Source: Opitutales bacterium (GTDB lineage Bacteria > Verrucomicrobiota > Verrucomicrobiia > Opitutales > PNEW01). Taken from it: a stretch of DNA of 64,000 nucleotides. The translations under genes and the position numbers were made by a program. Below the pieces are notes generated by a model that made no database searches, had not been told where the DNA came from, and saw only the letters and a list, made by a program, of their open reading frames with translations. Numbering within the stretch: the first letter of the stretch is position 1; each line of letters opens with the position of its first letter. Where the stretch lies: positions 520,380 through 584,379 of the forward strand of contig OY829953.1 of NCBI GenBank assembly GCA_963692525.1, read 5' to 3'. Below are positions 31,004 to 41,930 of the stretch, piece after piece.

Positions 31004-32377
31004 ATGATTGAGTTACCTATAGAACCGTTTACTCGACCTGCGGCGGGATCGGTTACGCTACCCGGTTCTAAGAGTATTACCAACCGCGCTCTTATTTTAG
31101 CTGCTCTCAGCGATGGCGCAGTGACGCTTCGCAATGCGTTATTCAGTGATGACACATTAATCATGCTCACGGCATTACGGAAACTGGGATTTAATATTAC
31201 AGCAGACGAGAATGCAAATGAGATTAATATTGTCGGACTTAACGGTGACATTCCCTGTGGAGAAACAAGACTCCATGTAGGTAATGCAGGTACGGCAGCA
31301 CGATTTCTCACCGCATTAATCTGTCTTAAGGAAAAGGGAAGTTATTATTTAGACAGCGACGATGAGATGAAAATACGGCCGATGGAGGATTTAATCAATG
31401 CCCTCGTATCCCAGGGCGTGGAAGTTGAATTTGAATGTAAAAATGGCTATTTCCCCTTTAAGCTTAAGACTCACCGTTTAAAAGGTGGGCGAATCGAAGT
31501 CGACGCCAGCGCAAGCAGTCAATTCCTCTCTGCACTTCTTATGGTTGCGCCCTTTGCTATTAATGATACGACGATTGAAACCAAAGCTACCAGTGTCAGG
31601 AGACCTTATGTTTATCTAACCGACAGGATGATGAATCACTGGGGACAGAGCATATCAAGCGATAACGATTACCAGGAAACGAGAATAAAGTCGCAGGCAA
31701 ATTACCATTATGGCAAAGGACATTATGATGTCGAACCGGATACGACGGCAGCGAGTTATTTCATTGTGTTGCCCCTGCTCACAGAGGGCGAAGTAAAAAT
31801 TAAAGGATTTAATTGTGATGATAATTCGAAGGGCTCATTGATTTCACAATTATTCCTGCAGGGAGATACACGATTTATTGATGCATTGGAGAACGCAAAT
31901 TTGATATCTCATACGTCGAGTGGTGACATAAGTTTTCAACCTGGCTCTTCAAAAAAGGGAATTGAGCAGGATTTTAATGAATTTTCTGATACCTTCCTTA
32001 CCCTTGCGGCTATTGCACCGCTTCTGGAAGGTAAAACCCGTATTACCGGCATTGGGCATACTCGGCATCAAGAGACAGATCGCATAGCCGCAATGGCAGC
32101 CGAACTGCGTAAGCTAGGCCAGAAAGTAATCGATGACAACGATACATTGGAAATACATCCCAATCGTAATTCCTTAATTGAAAAAGCACGAGAGGGAGTG
32201 ACGATCGAAACCTACAAAGACCATCGCATCGCCATGAGCTTCGCTATTCTCGGATGCGCAGATTTGCTCGGATCCGGTAAATCATGGCTACGCATAAAAG
32301 ATCCTTATTGTTGTGCAAAAACATTTCCTCACTTTTTCGATGTTCTTGAAAAATTACGCATAGACTCTTTGCAATAA
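31004..32377 (+). CDS. aroA: EPSP synthase
   Basis: LPGSKSITNR, GNAGTAARF, SSQFLSALL, ETDRI, DHRIAM. Confidence 0.96.
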   Translation: MIELPIEPFTRPAAGSVTLPGSKSITNRALILAALSDGAVTLRNALFSDDTLIMLTALRKLGFNITADENANEINIVGLNGDIPCGETRLHVGNAGTAARFLTALICLKEKGSYYLDSDDEMKIRPMEDLINALVSQGVEVEFECKNGYFPFKLKTHRLKGGRIEVDASASSQFLSALLMVAPFAINDTTIETKATSVRRPYVYLTDRMMNHWGQSISSDNDYQETRIKSQANYHYGKGHYDVEPDTTAASYFIVLPLLTEGEVKIKGFNCDDNSKGSLISQLFLQGDTRFIDALENANLISHTSSGDISFQPGSSKKGIEQDFNEFSDTFLTLAAIAPLLEGKTRITGIGHTRHQETDRIAAMAAELRKLGQKVIDDNDTLEIHPNRNSLIEKAREGVTIETYKDHRIAMSFAILGCADLLGSGKSWLRIKDPYCCAKTFPHFFDVLEKLRIDSLQ

Positions 32378-32414
32378 GACGCTACGTGGGGATAGATTTT
32401 ACTCCCTATTTATT

Positions 32415-33083
32415 ATGCCCAGAAAAAAATTCACTCTGATCGCGATCGACGGAGGCGCAGCATCCGGAAAATCTTCAACCGCCAGAGCGATAGCCAAACG
32501 TTTTAATTATTTATATGTCGATACAGGGTCGCATTACCGGGCAGTAACCTATCTCATGATCACAAAGGGAATAAATCCGGAAGACCCAGAAGCTGTCGTT
32601 AGATGCCTCAAAGAAATACCATTCGAGACCAAAATTATGGATCAAAGGGCGCTCGTTTACCTCAATTCAAATCATCCTAAAGAAAGTGATCTGCGTAGCC
32701 AGAAAGTGAACGATCAGGTATCCCGCTTCGCCGCCATGCCCGGTGTACGTAAATTTCTTTTAACTTATCAACGCAATCTCGCCTCGGTAGCGCGCAAGCA
32801 AAACTTTGATGGATTGATCATGGAAGGAAGAGATATTGGTTCAATTATTTTTCCCCATGCCGACTATAAGTTTTTCTTGATCGCAGATCCAAATACACGT
32901 ATCGAGCGCCGCGCCCTCGAAGGTCATGAAGATTCCATTGAACAGCGTGACCGATTAGACTCTACACGACATACAGCCCCACTTACGTGTCCACAAGGAG
33001 CGGTAAAGATTGATACATCACGACTGACACTCGATGCGGTCATTGAAAAAATAAGCGCGATTATTGAAGGTCGTAATATATAA
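32415..33083 (+). CDS. cmk: Cytidylate kinase
   Basis: IDGGAASGKSS, DTGSHYR, EGRDIG, RDRLDS. Confidence 0.94.
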   Translation: MPRKKFTLIAIDGGAASGKSSTARAIAKRFNYLYVDTGSHYRAVTYLMITKGINPEDPEAVVRCLKEIPFETKIMDQRALVYLNSNHPKESDLRSQKVNDQVSRFAAMPGVRKFLLTYQRNLASVARKQNFDGLIMEGRDIGSIIFPHADYKFFLIADPNTRIERRALEGHEDSIEQRDRLDSTRHTAPLTCPQGAVKIDTSRLTLDAVIEKISAIIEGRNI

Positions 33084-33087
33084 CTTC

Positions 33088-33717
33088 ATGGAAAAAGAAA
33101 CTTTTGTCTACAAACTGGCCCGGGTTTTATCCTGGATGCTATATCGGGGACTATACAGAGTAAAACTGACTGGACTGGAAAATATCCCTGAAAATGACGC
33201 GTTTATCCTAGCGACGAACCATGCAAGTTTTCTCGATCCCTCACTGGTTGGTTATGCCCTCACCAGACCAATCTACTATTTTGCACGTAAAACACTCTTT
33301 CGGTTTTGGATTGGCGCCTGGTTTCTAGCCCGTTTGAACACAATCCCGGTTGATCGTGATGGTCCATCTGATATTGCCGCTTTTAAGCAGGTCCTCTCTA
33401 TTCTAGGTCAAGGGCATGGCATGTTAATATTTCCTGAAGGAACACGTTCTCGCGATGGAAAATTGCAAGAGGCTAAATCAGGTATAGGTCTCCTGGCTTG
33501 TCGATCTCAAGCGATCGTTGTTCCGACTCGCATTTTCGGTAGTTATGAAGCATTAAGTCGCCATCATAAGTTACCTCGTATTAAGGGACGACTTCACGTC
33601 GTATATGATAAACCGATGTTGCCTTCTGAATACGATCCCCAAGGACCCTCCAAGGTGCGTTATGCCGAAGCTTCCAATCGGATTATGAATCGCATACGTG
33701 ATTTGAGGATTCCGTAA
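33088..33717 (+). CDS. plsC: 1-acyl-sn-glycerol-3-phosphate acyltransferase
   Basis: NHASFLD, FPEGTRS; ATG 33088 just after cmk stop. Confidence 0.88.
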   Translation: MEKETFVYKLARVLSWMLYRGLYRVKLTGLENIPENDAFILATNHASFLDPSLVGYALTRPIYYFARKTLFRFWIGAWFLARLNTIPVDRDGPSDIAAFKQVLSILGQGHGMLIFPEGTRSRDGKLQEAKSGIGLLACRSQAIVVPTRIFGSYEALSRHHKLPRIKGRLHVVYDKPMLPSEYDPQGPSKVRYAEASNRIMNRIRDLRIP

Positions 33718-33854
33718 ATTGAATTTCATTATCCTTTCATGATAGGTTAGGACTTAAAACGCGGTTAGCGGTAAGTAAAACCATCGAGAGCTTGAGCCAA
33801 TGCTCAGGCTTTTCACACTTGACTTTGGTCTTCACTGTCAAATCGTCTAAGCCC

Positions 33855-34454
33855 ATGAATATGGTCTGCCTAGACCTCGAAGGCGTTTTATTACCGGAAA
33901 TCTGGATCGCATTTGCCGAAGCTTCAGGTTTGACCGAACTTAAACGTACCACCCGCGATGAACCTGACTATGACAAGCTCATGCGTTTCAGGTTAAATGT
34001 TCTGGAGAAGAACAAAATCAAAATAGACAACATTAGAAAGATTATTAATACTCTCGATCCACTCCCGGGTGCAGTTGAATTTACGAGTAAACTAATGGCT
34101 CGAACGCGAACCATTATTCTCTCCGACACCTTCGAAGAATTTGCCGAACCATTAATGGGTAAGCTCGGTCACCCCACCTTATTTTGCCATAATTTAGAAG
34201 TCAGTAAAGACGGAGATATTACAGGATACCGATTGCGCCAGGAAGATCAAAAGCGCCATGCAGTGGAAGCTTTTAAAAAACTGAATTTTACCGTTATTGC
34301 GGCAGGTGACTCTTACAATGATCTCACGATGATCCGAGCCGCAGATCATGGTATACTATTCAGACCCACCGACAAAATGCGAAGTGAGAATTCTGATTTA
34401 CCTGTCGCTACCGATCATGATGCACTCTACGCATGTATTGAAGAAGTTCTCTAA
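33855..34454 (+). CDS. thrH: Phosphoserine phosphatase/homoserine phosphotransferase
   Basis: CLDLEGVLLPEIWI, TTRDEPDYD, GDSYND. Confidence 0.93.
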   Translation: MNMVCLDLEGVLLPEIWIAFAEASGLTELKRTTRDEPDYDKLMRFRLNVLEKNKIKIDNIRKIINTLDPLPGAVEFTSKLMARTRTIILSDTFEEFAEPLMGKLGHPTLFCHNLEVSKDGDITGYRLRQEDQKRHAVEAFKKLNFTVIAAGDSYNDLTMIRAADHGILFRPTDKMRSENSDLPVATDHDALYACIEEVL

Positions 34455-34511
34455 TGCGATGGACCGATGTCTTTTTTTCTTTTACCTACCAAGAATGCCA
34501 GAGTGTGAAAT

Positions 34512-35084
34512 ATGACAGATCCGAAACAAGACGAAATCCTAAGTATCTTTAAAGAGACGGGGGCATTAATGACCGGTCACTTCATCCTGCGATCGGGACT
34601 CCACAGTGGTCATTATTTTCAATGTGCTCGTGCTTGTGAATACCTGAACCGTGTCGAACGACTTGCCGAGTTATTGCTCGATAAATTACCTCCTTCAGAA
34701 TTTGAAACGATTGTATCGCCGGCCATGGGTGGACTGGTGATTGGACAAGAGGTGGCAAGGCTGGCGGGCAAAAGATTTATATTCGTGGAAAAGGTTGCTG
34801 ATATTCTCGCTCTAAGACGTGGTTTTGTGATGAGCCCGGGAGAGAAAATGCTTGTGGTGGAAGACGTATTTACCCGTGGAGGTCGGATTCATGAAACCCT
34901 GGAGATCATTAAATCCCAGGGAGCTGATCCAATCGGGGTTGCGGTGCTCGTCGATCGGAGCGAAGGCAAGACACAATTCGAAGTCCCGGTAACTTCGCTT
35001 TTAGAACTAAGTTTTCCCACCTATGAGGCGGATGCGCTACCCGATGATTTAAAGAAAATCACGCCTCATAAACCGGGTAGCTAA
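34512..35084 (+). CDS. pyrE: Orotate phosphoribosyltransferase
   Basis: GHFILRSGLHS, PRPP motif VVEDVFTRGG. Confidence 0.93.
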   Translation: MTDPKQDEILSIFKETGALMTGHFILRSGLHSGHYFQCARACEYLNRVERLAELLLDKLPPSEFETIVSPAMGGLVIGQEVARLAGKRFIFVEKVADILALRRGFVMSPGEKMLVVEDVFTRGGRIHETLEIIKSQGADPIGVAVLVDRSEGKTQFEVPVTSLLELSFPTYEADALPDDLKKITPHKPGS

Positions 35085-35095
35085 GATTCGGATCA

Positions 35096-36640
35096 CTACC
35101 GACGAATGGCAAGATAGCCAAAGCTGCCTCGATCATATACCCAAAGCTTGTTGATACCCCTGCGCAATATCTCCTTGGCGTCATCCACTTTACTGACCTG
35201 CCGATCATTGATTTCGACAATTACAATTCCCTCTCGAATGGTGTTTAAATAGGGTGATTTAATGTCGACTTCAGATACAGCCAACCCCTCTACTTCATCC
35301 GGTACCTCATATCTTTCCCTAATCTCATCATTGAGCTGTCTAACAATGACACCTTTTAAGAGTTCACTTCCTGAAACGTCGGCATTTTCTACCAAGCCAG
35401 TCTCCAAATTACCCAGGATAACATTGAATTTTCGTTTTTTCCCCTCACGCATTACGGTAACACTTACACCACTGCCGGGCTCCATTGATCCTATCTTCAA
35501 TCGAAGGTCGGTACTGTTTTTAATTTCGTGATCATCGACATTCACGATTACATCCCCACGTTGAATTCCAGCATTCGCCGCGGGCAGACCCTCTTGCACT
35601 TGAACGACAAGAGCGCCCTTGGAACTAGTGAGGTTAAAGGCTTCGGCAATATCTGTCGTTATATCATCGATTCCCACACCAAGATAGCCACGCTGAACCG
35701 TGCCGGTTTCGAGAAGCTTGACCAGGACCGAGCGCGCCAGGTTGGTGGGGATGGCAAATCCGATCCCGATATTACCTCCAGTTCGGGAATAGATAGCAGT
35801 ATTAATACCTACAAGGCGTCCTTCGGCATCAACGAGTGCACCGCCTGAATTGCCCGGGTTGATGGAAGCATCTGTCTGGATAAAATTTTCGTAACCTTGA
35901 TTACCTAACCCGAGTATTTCTAAATCTGTCCGTCCAGTCGCAGAAACGATACCCTGGGTCACCGTTGTCCCAACTCTCAGTGGGTTACCAATCGCGAATA
36001 GGATGTCGCCAACACGTAAATTATCACTGTTTGCCATATTTATAAAGGGCAGGTCTTCCTCATCAACTTTGAGGACAGCGATGTCAGTCCTTTTATCTGA
36101 TCCGACAATTTTGGCCAGAAATTCCTTGCCTTCACTTATTAGACTCACACGGATTTCATCGACATCGTCACCACGCTCATCGGTAACGACATGACGGTTT
36201 GTAAGAATATATCCGTCCGATGAAATGATCACTCCAGACCCCATACCATAGGGCAATTTCCGCTCCTGCCCGTTACTTTCTTTATCCCCATTATCTTGTC
36301 GATCTCGCGGCACTGGGACGCCATAGAACCGCCTTAACATTTCTTCCAAAGGATCGACTTGACGCTCTCGCATGACGCGAATAATTCGCGAAGCATAAAC
36401 ACTGACCACCGCCGGTGTAACGTCATCGAGAACATCAGCATAACTTACTACACGCCCGTGTTTCCCCTCTTCGAGAGGATTATTATCTATAGGAAAATGT
36501 TCATCCGCATTGGTAAGACGTAGAACCTCGGATTCACTAGCGTCCGATTTTGCCAGTAATTCATGTATCGCGTAACTTGCCGTAGCGGCAAAAATGACAA
36601 GTAATAAAAATTTATTCCGCATATTAAGTGGTAATGACAT
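35096..36640 (-). CDS. HtrA/DegP/DegQ family serine protease with two PDZ domains
   Basis: GSGVII, LTNRHVV, DIAVL, DASINPGNSGGAL, RGYLGV. Confidence 0.93.
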   Translation of the reverse strand: MSLPLNMRNKFLLLVIFAATASYAIHELLAKSDASESEVLRLTNADEHFPIDNNPLEEGKHGRVVSYADVLDDVTPAVVSVYASRIIRVMRERQVDPLEEMLRRFYGVPVPRDRQDNGDKESNGQERKLPYGMGSGVIISSDGYILTNRHVVTDERGDDVDEIRVSLISEGKEFLAKIVGSDKRTDIAVLKVDEEDLPFINMANSDNLRVGDILFAIGNPLRVGTTVTQGIVSATGRTDLEILGLGNQGYENFIQTDASINPGNSGGALVDAEGRLVGINTAIYSRTGGNIGIGFAIPTNLARSVLVKLLETGTVQRGYLGVGIDDITTDIAEAFNLTSSKGALVVQVQEGLPAANAGIQRGDVIVNVDDHEIKNSTDLRLKIGSMEPGSGVSVTVMREGKKRKFNVILGNLETGLVENADVSGSELLKGVIVRQLNDEIRERYEVPDEVEGLAVSEVDIKSPYLNTIREGIVIVEINDRQVSKVDDAKEILRRGINKLWVYDRGSFGYLAIRR

Positions 36641-36755
36641 GGCAATTTAATTTCGTGTTCCGTAAATGATCAATACAAGCGACAATCAAACCCTAACCCT
36701 TTACATCTGCGTATAGATGAATAGCGAGTGACCTTAAAAATAAGTTATCTTTGCC

Positions 36756-37703
36756 TCAAAATCCTTTGATTTTAAATAAACTGGTCACACTCTCATGGTT
36801 GTTTATTCTGAGGATTGCCTGGGCTAAAAGGGGCGCGACACTTAATACTTTTATCGGCAACCCACGCGTATCAATAGGGACCGTATTCGTGGTAATAAGC
36901 TCATCGATCGGCCCATCTGTGAGACGCTCATAACCAATTTCGTTGAGCATCGTGTGGCTGACAGCGGCGCGAATTTGGGTTGCACCTTTATCTTTAAGAA
37001 GATTTGCTGCGGCACAGAGCGTACCTGTAGTTTCAGTCATATCATCAATAATGAGAACCTCACGCCCTTGAACCTCACCCACTAGATTAAAGGCCTCAAC
37101 CGTAGTGGCACTGGTACGGCGTTTGGCAACAAACCCGAGGGCACAACCAAACATATCGGCATAGGCGGCAGCCATTTTCACGCCTCCCACATCAGGTGCA
37201 AAAATGACCATTTTCGCGCTATCTATCTGCTTTAAATAATCAAAGAAAATCGGTGAAGCATAGAGATGATCAACCGGGATATCGAAAAATCCCTGGATCT
37301 GCTGGGCATGGAGATCGATCGTCAATATACGGTTAGCCCCCGCGGTAACGAGTAGATTCGCAATGAGTTTAGCGGTGATGGGAACGCGCGGTTGATCCTT
37401 ACGATCTTGCCGGGCATAGCCGAAAAAAGGTATGACTGCGGTGATGCGCTGTGCCGAGGCACGGCGCGCAGCATCAATCATAATTAATAACTCCATGATA
37501 TTATTATTCGCAGGGGTGCATGAAGATTGAACGATAAAAACATCCTTCCCACGGATGTTTTCGGTTATTTTTACACTGGTCTCACCGTCGGGGAAATTGC
37601 CGACATCACAACCACCTACAGTCGTACCAATCAGGTTACATATCTCCTCGACAAGAGCGGGATTCGATTGCCCGGATAGAACTTTTAATTCCCCTACCTG
37701 CAT
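36756..37703 (-). CDS. prs: Ribose-phosphate pyrophosphokinase
   Basis: FPDGE, GYARQDRK, DLHAQQIQGFF, PDVGG. Confidence 0.96.
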   Translation of the reverse strand: MQVGELKVLSGQSNPALVEEICNLIGTTVGGCDVGNFPDGETSVKITENIRGKDVFIVQSSCTPANNNIMELLIMIDAARRASAQRITAVIPFFGYARQDRKDQPRVPITAKLIANLLVTAGANRILTIDLHAQQIQGFFDIPVDHLYASPIFFDYLKQIDSAKMVIFAPDVGGVKMAAAYADMFGCALGFVAKRRTSATTVEAFNLVGEVQGREVLIIDDMTETTGTLCAAANLLKDKGATQIRAAVSHTMLNEIGYERLTDGPIDELITTNTVPIDTRGLPIKVLSVAPLLAQAILRINNHESVTSLFKIKGF

Positions 37704-37711
37704 ATAATCAT

Positions 37712-38764
37712 TCAGTTTTTATTAACTGACTTCTTCTCTAATATTTTTTCGAGATTAGCAACTTTTTTGAATAATTCTGGTAGCTTGCGTAAAAGAACGT
37801 CTATCTTCCTCGCTTGAAGAAGAGGCATCACGGGCGTACCGGTGCTCGTGCTTCCGGGTTCTATATCACGATTAACACCTCCCTGAGCGCCGATCACCGC
37901 ACCTCGCCCAATCGTTATATGTCCTGCGACTCCAACTTGGCCAGCCAGGGTAACGTCGTCTTCGAGTGTCGTGCTTCCTGAGATTCCTGACTGTGCAGCA
38001 ATAATGCAATTTTTCCCGATATTAACGTTATGCGCTACTTGAACCAGGTTATCAATCTTAGTTCCCTTTTGAATCCGTGTTACATCAAATCGCGCGCGAT
38101 CGATAGTGGTATTCGCTCCAATTTCTACATCATCCTCGATAATAACATAGCCAATCTGTGGATTTCTATAATGTGCTCCCTCGCTTAAATCATAACCAAA
38201 ACCATCGGATCCTACAACAACACCTGCCTGCAACCGGACACGATCACCTATTTTGCAATAGGAAGCTAAAACAACCTGTGGCTTAAATTGACAATCTTTG
38301 CCTACCTGAGAATTCCTTCCAATAAATACTCTGGCTTCTAGTATCGTTCCTTTACCAATCACTGCTCCCGCTTCAATCACACATTGAGGTCCAACATAAG
38401 CCTCGGGGTCAATCGTCGCGGTTGGATCAATCACCGCAGATGAATCAACACCGGGAACTGCACTTGGGTTCAGTCGATTCTCGATATGTTCACAGACCCT
38501 ACTAAGTGACAGAGAAGGGTTAGGCACGCGCAAGTACAACTGGTTCTCACCGGGTTTACCTTTATAATCCTCGGGGAGAAGTATAATAGAAGCGCTGGAG
38601 CGCGGCACTTGCTTACGATACTTATTGTTTCCCAAAAATGAGAGCTCACCTGACCCGGCCATATCGAGGGCGGCTATTCCCTTTATTGTGACATTAGTGC
38701 TCCCTTCTTTTATCCCTTCCCCGATGATATCGAGAATTTCACCAGTCGATAAAGAAATGTCCAT
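37712..38764 (-). CDS. lpxD: UDP-3-O-acylglucosamine N-acyltransferase
   Basis: Hexapeptide repeats, GSDGFGY, EIGANTTIDR, KIDNLVQVAHNV. Confidence 0.95.
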   Translation of the reverse strand: MDISLSTGEILDIIGEGIKEGSTNVTIKGIAALDMAGSGELSFLGNNKYRKQVPRSSASIILLPEDYKGKPGENQLYLRVPNPSLSLSRVCEHIENRLNPSAVPGVDSSAVIDPTATIDPEAYVGPQCVIEAGAVIGKGTILEARVFIGRNSQVGKDCQFKPQVVLASYCKIGDRVRLQAGVVVGSDGFGYDLSEGAHYRNPQIGYVIIEDDVEIGANTTIDRARFDVTRIQKGTKIDNLVQVAHNVNIGKNCIIAAQSGISGSTTLEDDVTLAGQVGVAGHITIGRGAVIGAQGGVNRDIEPGSTSTGTPVMPLLQARKIDVLLRKLPELFKKVANLEKILEKKSVNKN

Positions 38765-38963
38765 GATTAGAGCTTACTAAGATGCCCGCCAATACACAAT
38801 AACAGGAAATAATAATTTCACCAAGTTCAATTACTCTCGGTCAGGAATCTTCCGGATAAGAAGCAATGGTGGTGGTGACTAATTATAAAAACGCTCGAAA
38901 ATACCGGGGAACTTAAATCCCGCCTCAATTTCTCTTATCGAGAAAATTGAAGCTGAAAAAATA

Positions 38964-39560
38964 TTATTCACTCGGGGCACTCTCGTTTATTTTAGCCAAA
39001 ACATCATCTGTAATATCCCAACGCGGGTTAGAGTAGAGCACATTTGGAATGCCAAGAGCAGATGTCCCAGCAGTATCAAATACAAGGGTTGCACCCCGTT
39101 TCTCGGCCATTATTAAAACTACTCTTTTTATTTCGTCTAACATCAGGTCGCGGTGAGTCCGCTGACGCTGCTGGAGAGACCGCTCGGTATTTGCCTGATA
39201 CTGTTGTATCTCACGTTCCTTATCTTGAATTTCCTTCAACTTTTCCTGGGCTTCCAGTTTTGCTTTATTGCGAAATTCGTCAGTGAGCGCGGGATTGTTA
39301 ATTCTCTCCCGAAGAATGTTAAACTCTTCTGCAAGTGATCGCCCTTCCCCGAGAAGCTCCTCCGCTTGAGTTTGAGCTTGGTCAATGCTCCCCTTGAGTT
39401 TTTCATTTGCTTCCTTGGTTTTATAATAACCGCTGTAGAGCGTGCCCATATCAACAGTTATTATCTTTATCTCTTGAGCAAAAGAGGCGACGGCGAACGT
39501 GCTCGATAAGATTAGAGTGACGATTAGTTTATTCATTATTAATGGTTTTAAGTTGTTCAT
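38964..39560 (-). CDS. skp: Periplasmic chaperone Skp/OmpH (start may be 39536)
   Basis: Signal peptide, long coiled coil, C-terminal DITDDVL; between bamA and lpxD. Confidence 0.88.
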   Translation of the reverse strand: MNNLKPLIMNKLIVTLILSSTFAVASFAQEIKIITVDMGTLYSGYYKTKEANEKLKGSIDQAQTQAEELLGEGRSLAEEFNILRERINNPALTDEFRNKAKLEAQEKLKEIQDKEREIQQYQANTERSLQQRQRTHRDLMLDEIKRVVLIMAEKRGATLVFDTAGTSALGIPNVLYSNPRWDITDDVLAKINESAPSE

Positions 39561-39582
39561 TCATATTAAAGTTTATTCTTAA

Positions 39583-41925
39583 TTAAAATCTCGGCCCAAA
39601 GGTGAAATGGAATTGACTGCCGTCATCATTATATCGGTCGGTGGTGATTGGTATGCCAAAATCCATGCGCATCGGCGCGCCAAGAACTTGAACCCTGATG
39701 CCAAAACCATAGTTGGAATTGTATCTCTTAAAACTAAAATCTCCTTCATCGGGATTGACAAAGCCTAAATCATAAAAAACCGCAAATCTCATACCCTCTG
39801 ATAATTTAAAAGTATATTCGACACTAAAAAACCCGAATGAGTTCCCGCCGATACTATCAATCGAGGTGATGACCCCACTAGGACTCCTTTGAACGTCCTT
39901 GGGACCAACCTGACGAAATTCAAATCCTCGAACATCATCTGGACCACCCAGGAAAAAGCGATCAAAAAAGGGTACCCCCTTGCTACCTACATTAAAAAAG
40001 GATCCCGCACGAGCGTAGAGGCTTAGCGTCTGATCCAAATAATCGTGCGTGGGAAAGAACTGGGATGCTCGCCCTTCTATTTTAAAATAATCAGTATCGC
40101 CACCCAATCCGGCAAATGAAGTTTTTAACTGCACACGATTACCGCGTCTACTGTAGATGATTCTATCTCGAAAATCCCTGATTATATCGATTTCAATCTT
40201 AGAGACGCTTCGTTCACCCTCCTCCGCTTTGATTATAGGCGAGGCGAAAGGGGAAACATCAAAAATATCGACTATTTCATAACTGTATGTAAGCCGTCCA
40301 TCGATATTGTTAAAAAGGCGCTTACGAAGCGATGTTCGGACACCGGATCGCAGTTCATTAAAGCTGACGCTAACGAAATCAGTTTCGAGGCGGAACAAAT
40401 CTACTTCGAATGCTAAGCGTTGATCAAAGAGCCAGGGTTCAACAAAAGTTATCCCATACTCTTCGGAATTTGATCCGATTTCTGCATAAATACGCATCTT
40501 CTGTCCGTCACCTTGAAAAAATGAACGGAAGTTGAATAAGTCAAAATTACCCTGGCTTACCTCTGCGGAGAAAAGCCCTTTTTTCAGTGAACTGAAACCC
40601 GCGCCGAAGGTGAGGTTACCTGTTCGTCCCTCTTTCAGCGATATTTTCATATTCCTGCGACCGGGAATATTTGTTTTTTCAGGAGAAATAAATACGTTAT
40701 CGAAATACTGCGTATTAATAAGTCGAGACTCACTGGATTTCATGCGCACTCGATCAAACACATCACCTGGGGATAAGGAAATTTCCCGAAGGATAACTAC
40801 ACTTTTAGTTTTGGTGTTTCCTTCGATATTGATCGATTCGACAAGGATTTCTTCACTCTCTCTAATATTATAATGTATATCTATATCACCGGTTACCAGA
40901 TTTGGCCTTCGCTCTGCGCGAACGCTGGTATCAAGGTAACCAATTTGTCCAAATGCATCGCGCACTTTATTGCGATCTTCGTCAAGAAGTGAAGGTGAGA
41001 AAACATCACCCGGTTGAAGCTTTAATGGACGCATCAATTCTACGTCGCTATAGAGTGTATTTCCTTCGAAGGTAACATTTCCTACTCTGTATTGGCGCCC
41101 TTCATTAATATCTATCGTAACGCCAATCTTATTGGATGACGGGTAATCTAAAGTTACACTGGCATCTGATATATCAACATCAAGGTATCCTTTTTGTTTA
41201 TATAGAGCTAACAGCTTATCTATATCTTCTTGAAGGATTTCATCCTTAAACCGACCTTTGCCAAAAAATGAGTTTACGATTGAAAAATTTTTGGTGTCTA
41301 AAGTTTTTTTCAATTTTCGGTCACTAATCGCCTTGTTATTGGTAAATTTAACATAGGCTATCTTCAACTTTTGTCCTTCATCGATGCGGAAAACCACATC
41401 GCCATAACCGCTATTTGAGTCTTTGGTAATTTCGTAATCAACGGAAACCTGGGAGAAACCTTTGTCCTGATAGTATTCAAGTATTTTATCACTGTCGTCA
41501 TTAATCCGTCGCTCATCGAGGACACCATTCTCGCGGGAAATAATTTCTTCTTGTAGGCGCGTATTTTTTATTTTGCGATTTCCATCAAAATATATATCAT
41601 GAATTCTATACTTTGCCTGAACAAGAAATATAAGTTTTGATTTCCCATCTGGCATCACTTCGGTTTTGACTTCGATAAAGTCAAGAAATCCGGTGTTGTA
41701 AAGTGATCGTATGGATCGATCGATAAGACTCTGATTATATTCCATCCCCACGCGTATCTGAATGCGCGCACGAATTGCCTCTTCACTGATATTTTTTATA
41801 TCTTTAAACTTAATCTCGATCTGCCCCACAACAGGTTGCACCAAAGCTTCATCTTGCGCAGTTAACAGAGAGGAGTTAACAACACAAAAAAAGAACAGAA
41901 TCCATCTAAATGTGTGTGTGCGCAT
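39583..41925 (-). CDS. bamA: Outer membrane protein assembly factor BamA
   Basis: POTRA repeats (GNTKTKSVVILRE), VRGF motif, terminal Phe. Confidence 0.95.
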   Translation of the reverse strand: MRTHTFRWILFFFCVVNSSLLTAQDEALVQPVVGQIEIKFKDIKNISEEAIRARIQIRVGMEYNQSLIDRSIRSLYNTGFLDFIEVKTEVMPDGKSKLIFLVQAKYRIHDIYFDGNRKIKNTRLQEEIISRENGVLDERRINDDSDKILEYYQDKGFSQVSVDYEITKDSNSGYGDVVFRIDEGQKLKIAYVKFTNNKAISDRKLKKTLDTKNFSIVNSFFGKGRFKDEILQEDIDKLLALYKQKGYLDVDISDASVTLDYPSSNKIGVTIDINEGRQYRVGNVTFEGNTLYSDVELMRPLKLQPGDVFSPSLLDEDRNKVRDAFGQIGYLDTSVRAERRPNLVTGDIDIHYNIRESEEILVESINIEGNTKTKSVVILREISLSPGDVFDRVRMKSSESRLINTQYFDNVFISPEKTNIPGRRNMKISLKEGRTGNLTFGAGFSSLKKGLFSAEVSQGNFDLFNFRSFFQGDGQKMRIYAEIGSNSEEYGITFVEPWLFDQRLAFEVDLFRLETDFVSVSFNELRSGVRTSLRKRLFNNIDGRLTYSYEIVDIFDVSPFASPIIKAEEGERSVSKIEIDIIRDFRDRIIYSRRGNRVQLKTSFAGLGGDTDYFKIEGRASQFFPTHDYLDQTLSLYARAGSFFNVGSKGVPFFDRFFLGGPDDVRGFEFRQVGPKDVQRSPSGVITSIDSIGGNSFGFFSVEYTFKLSEGMRFAVFYDLGFVNPDEGDFSFKRYNSNYGFGIRVQVLGAPMRMDFGIPITTDRYNDDGSQFHFTFGPRF

Positions 41926-41930
41926 ACAGA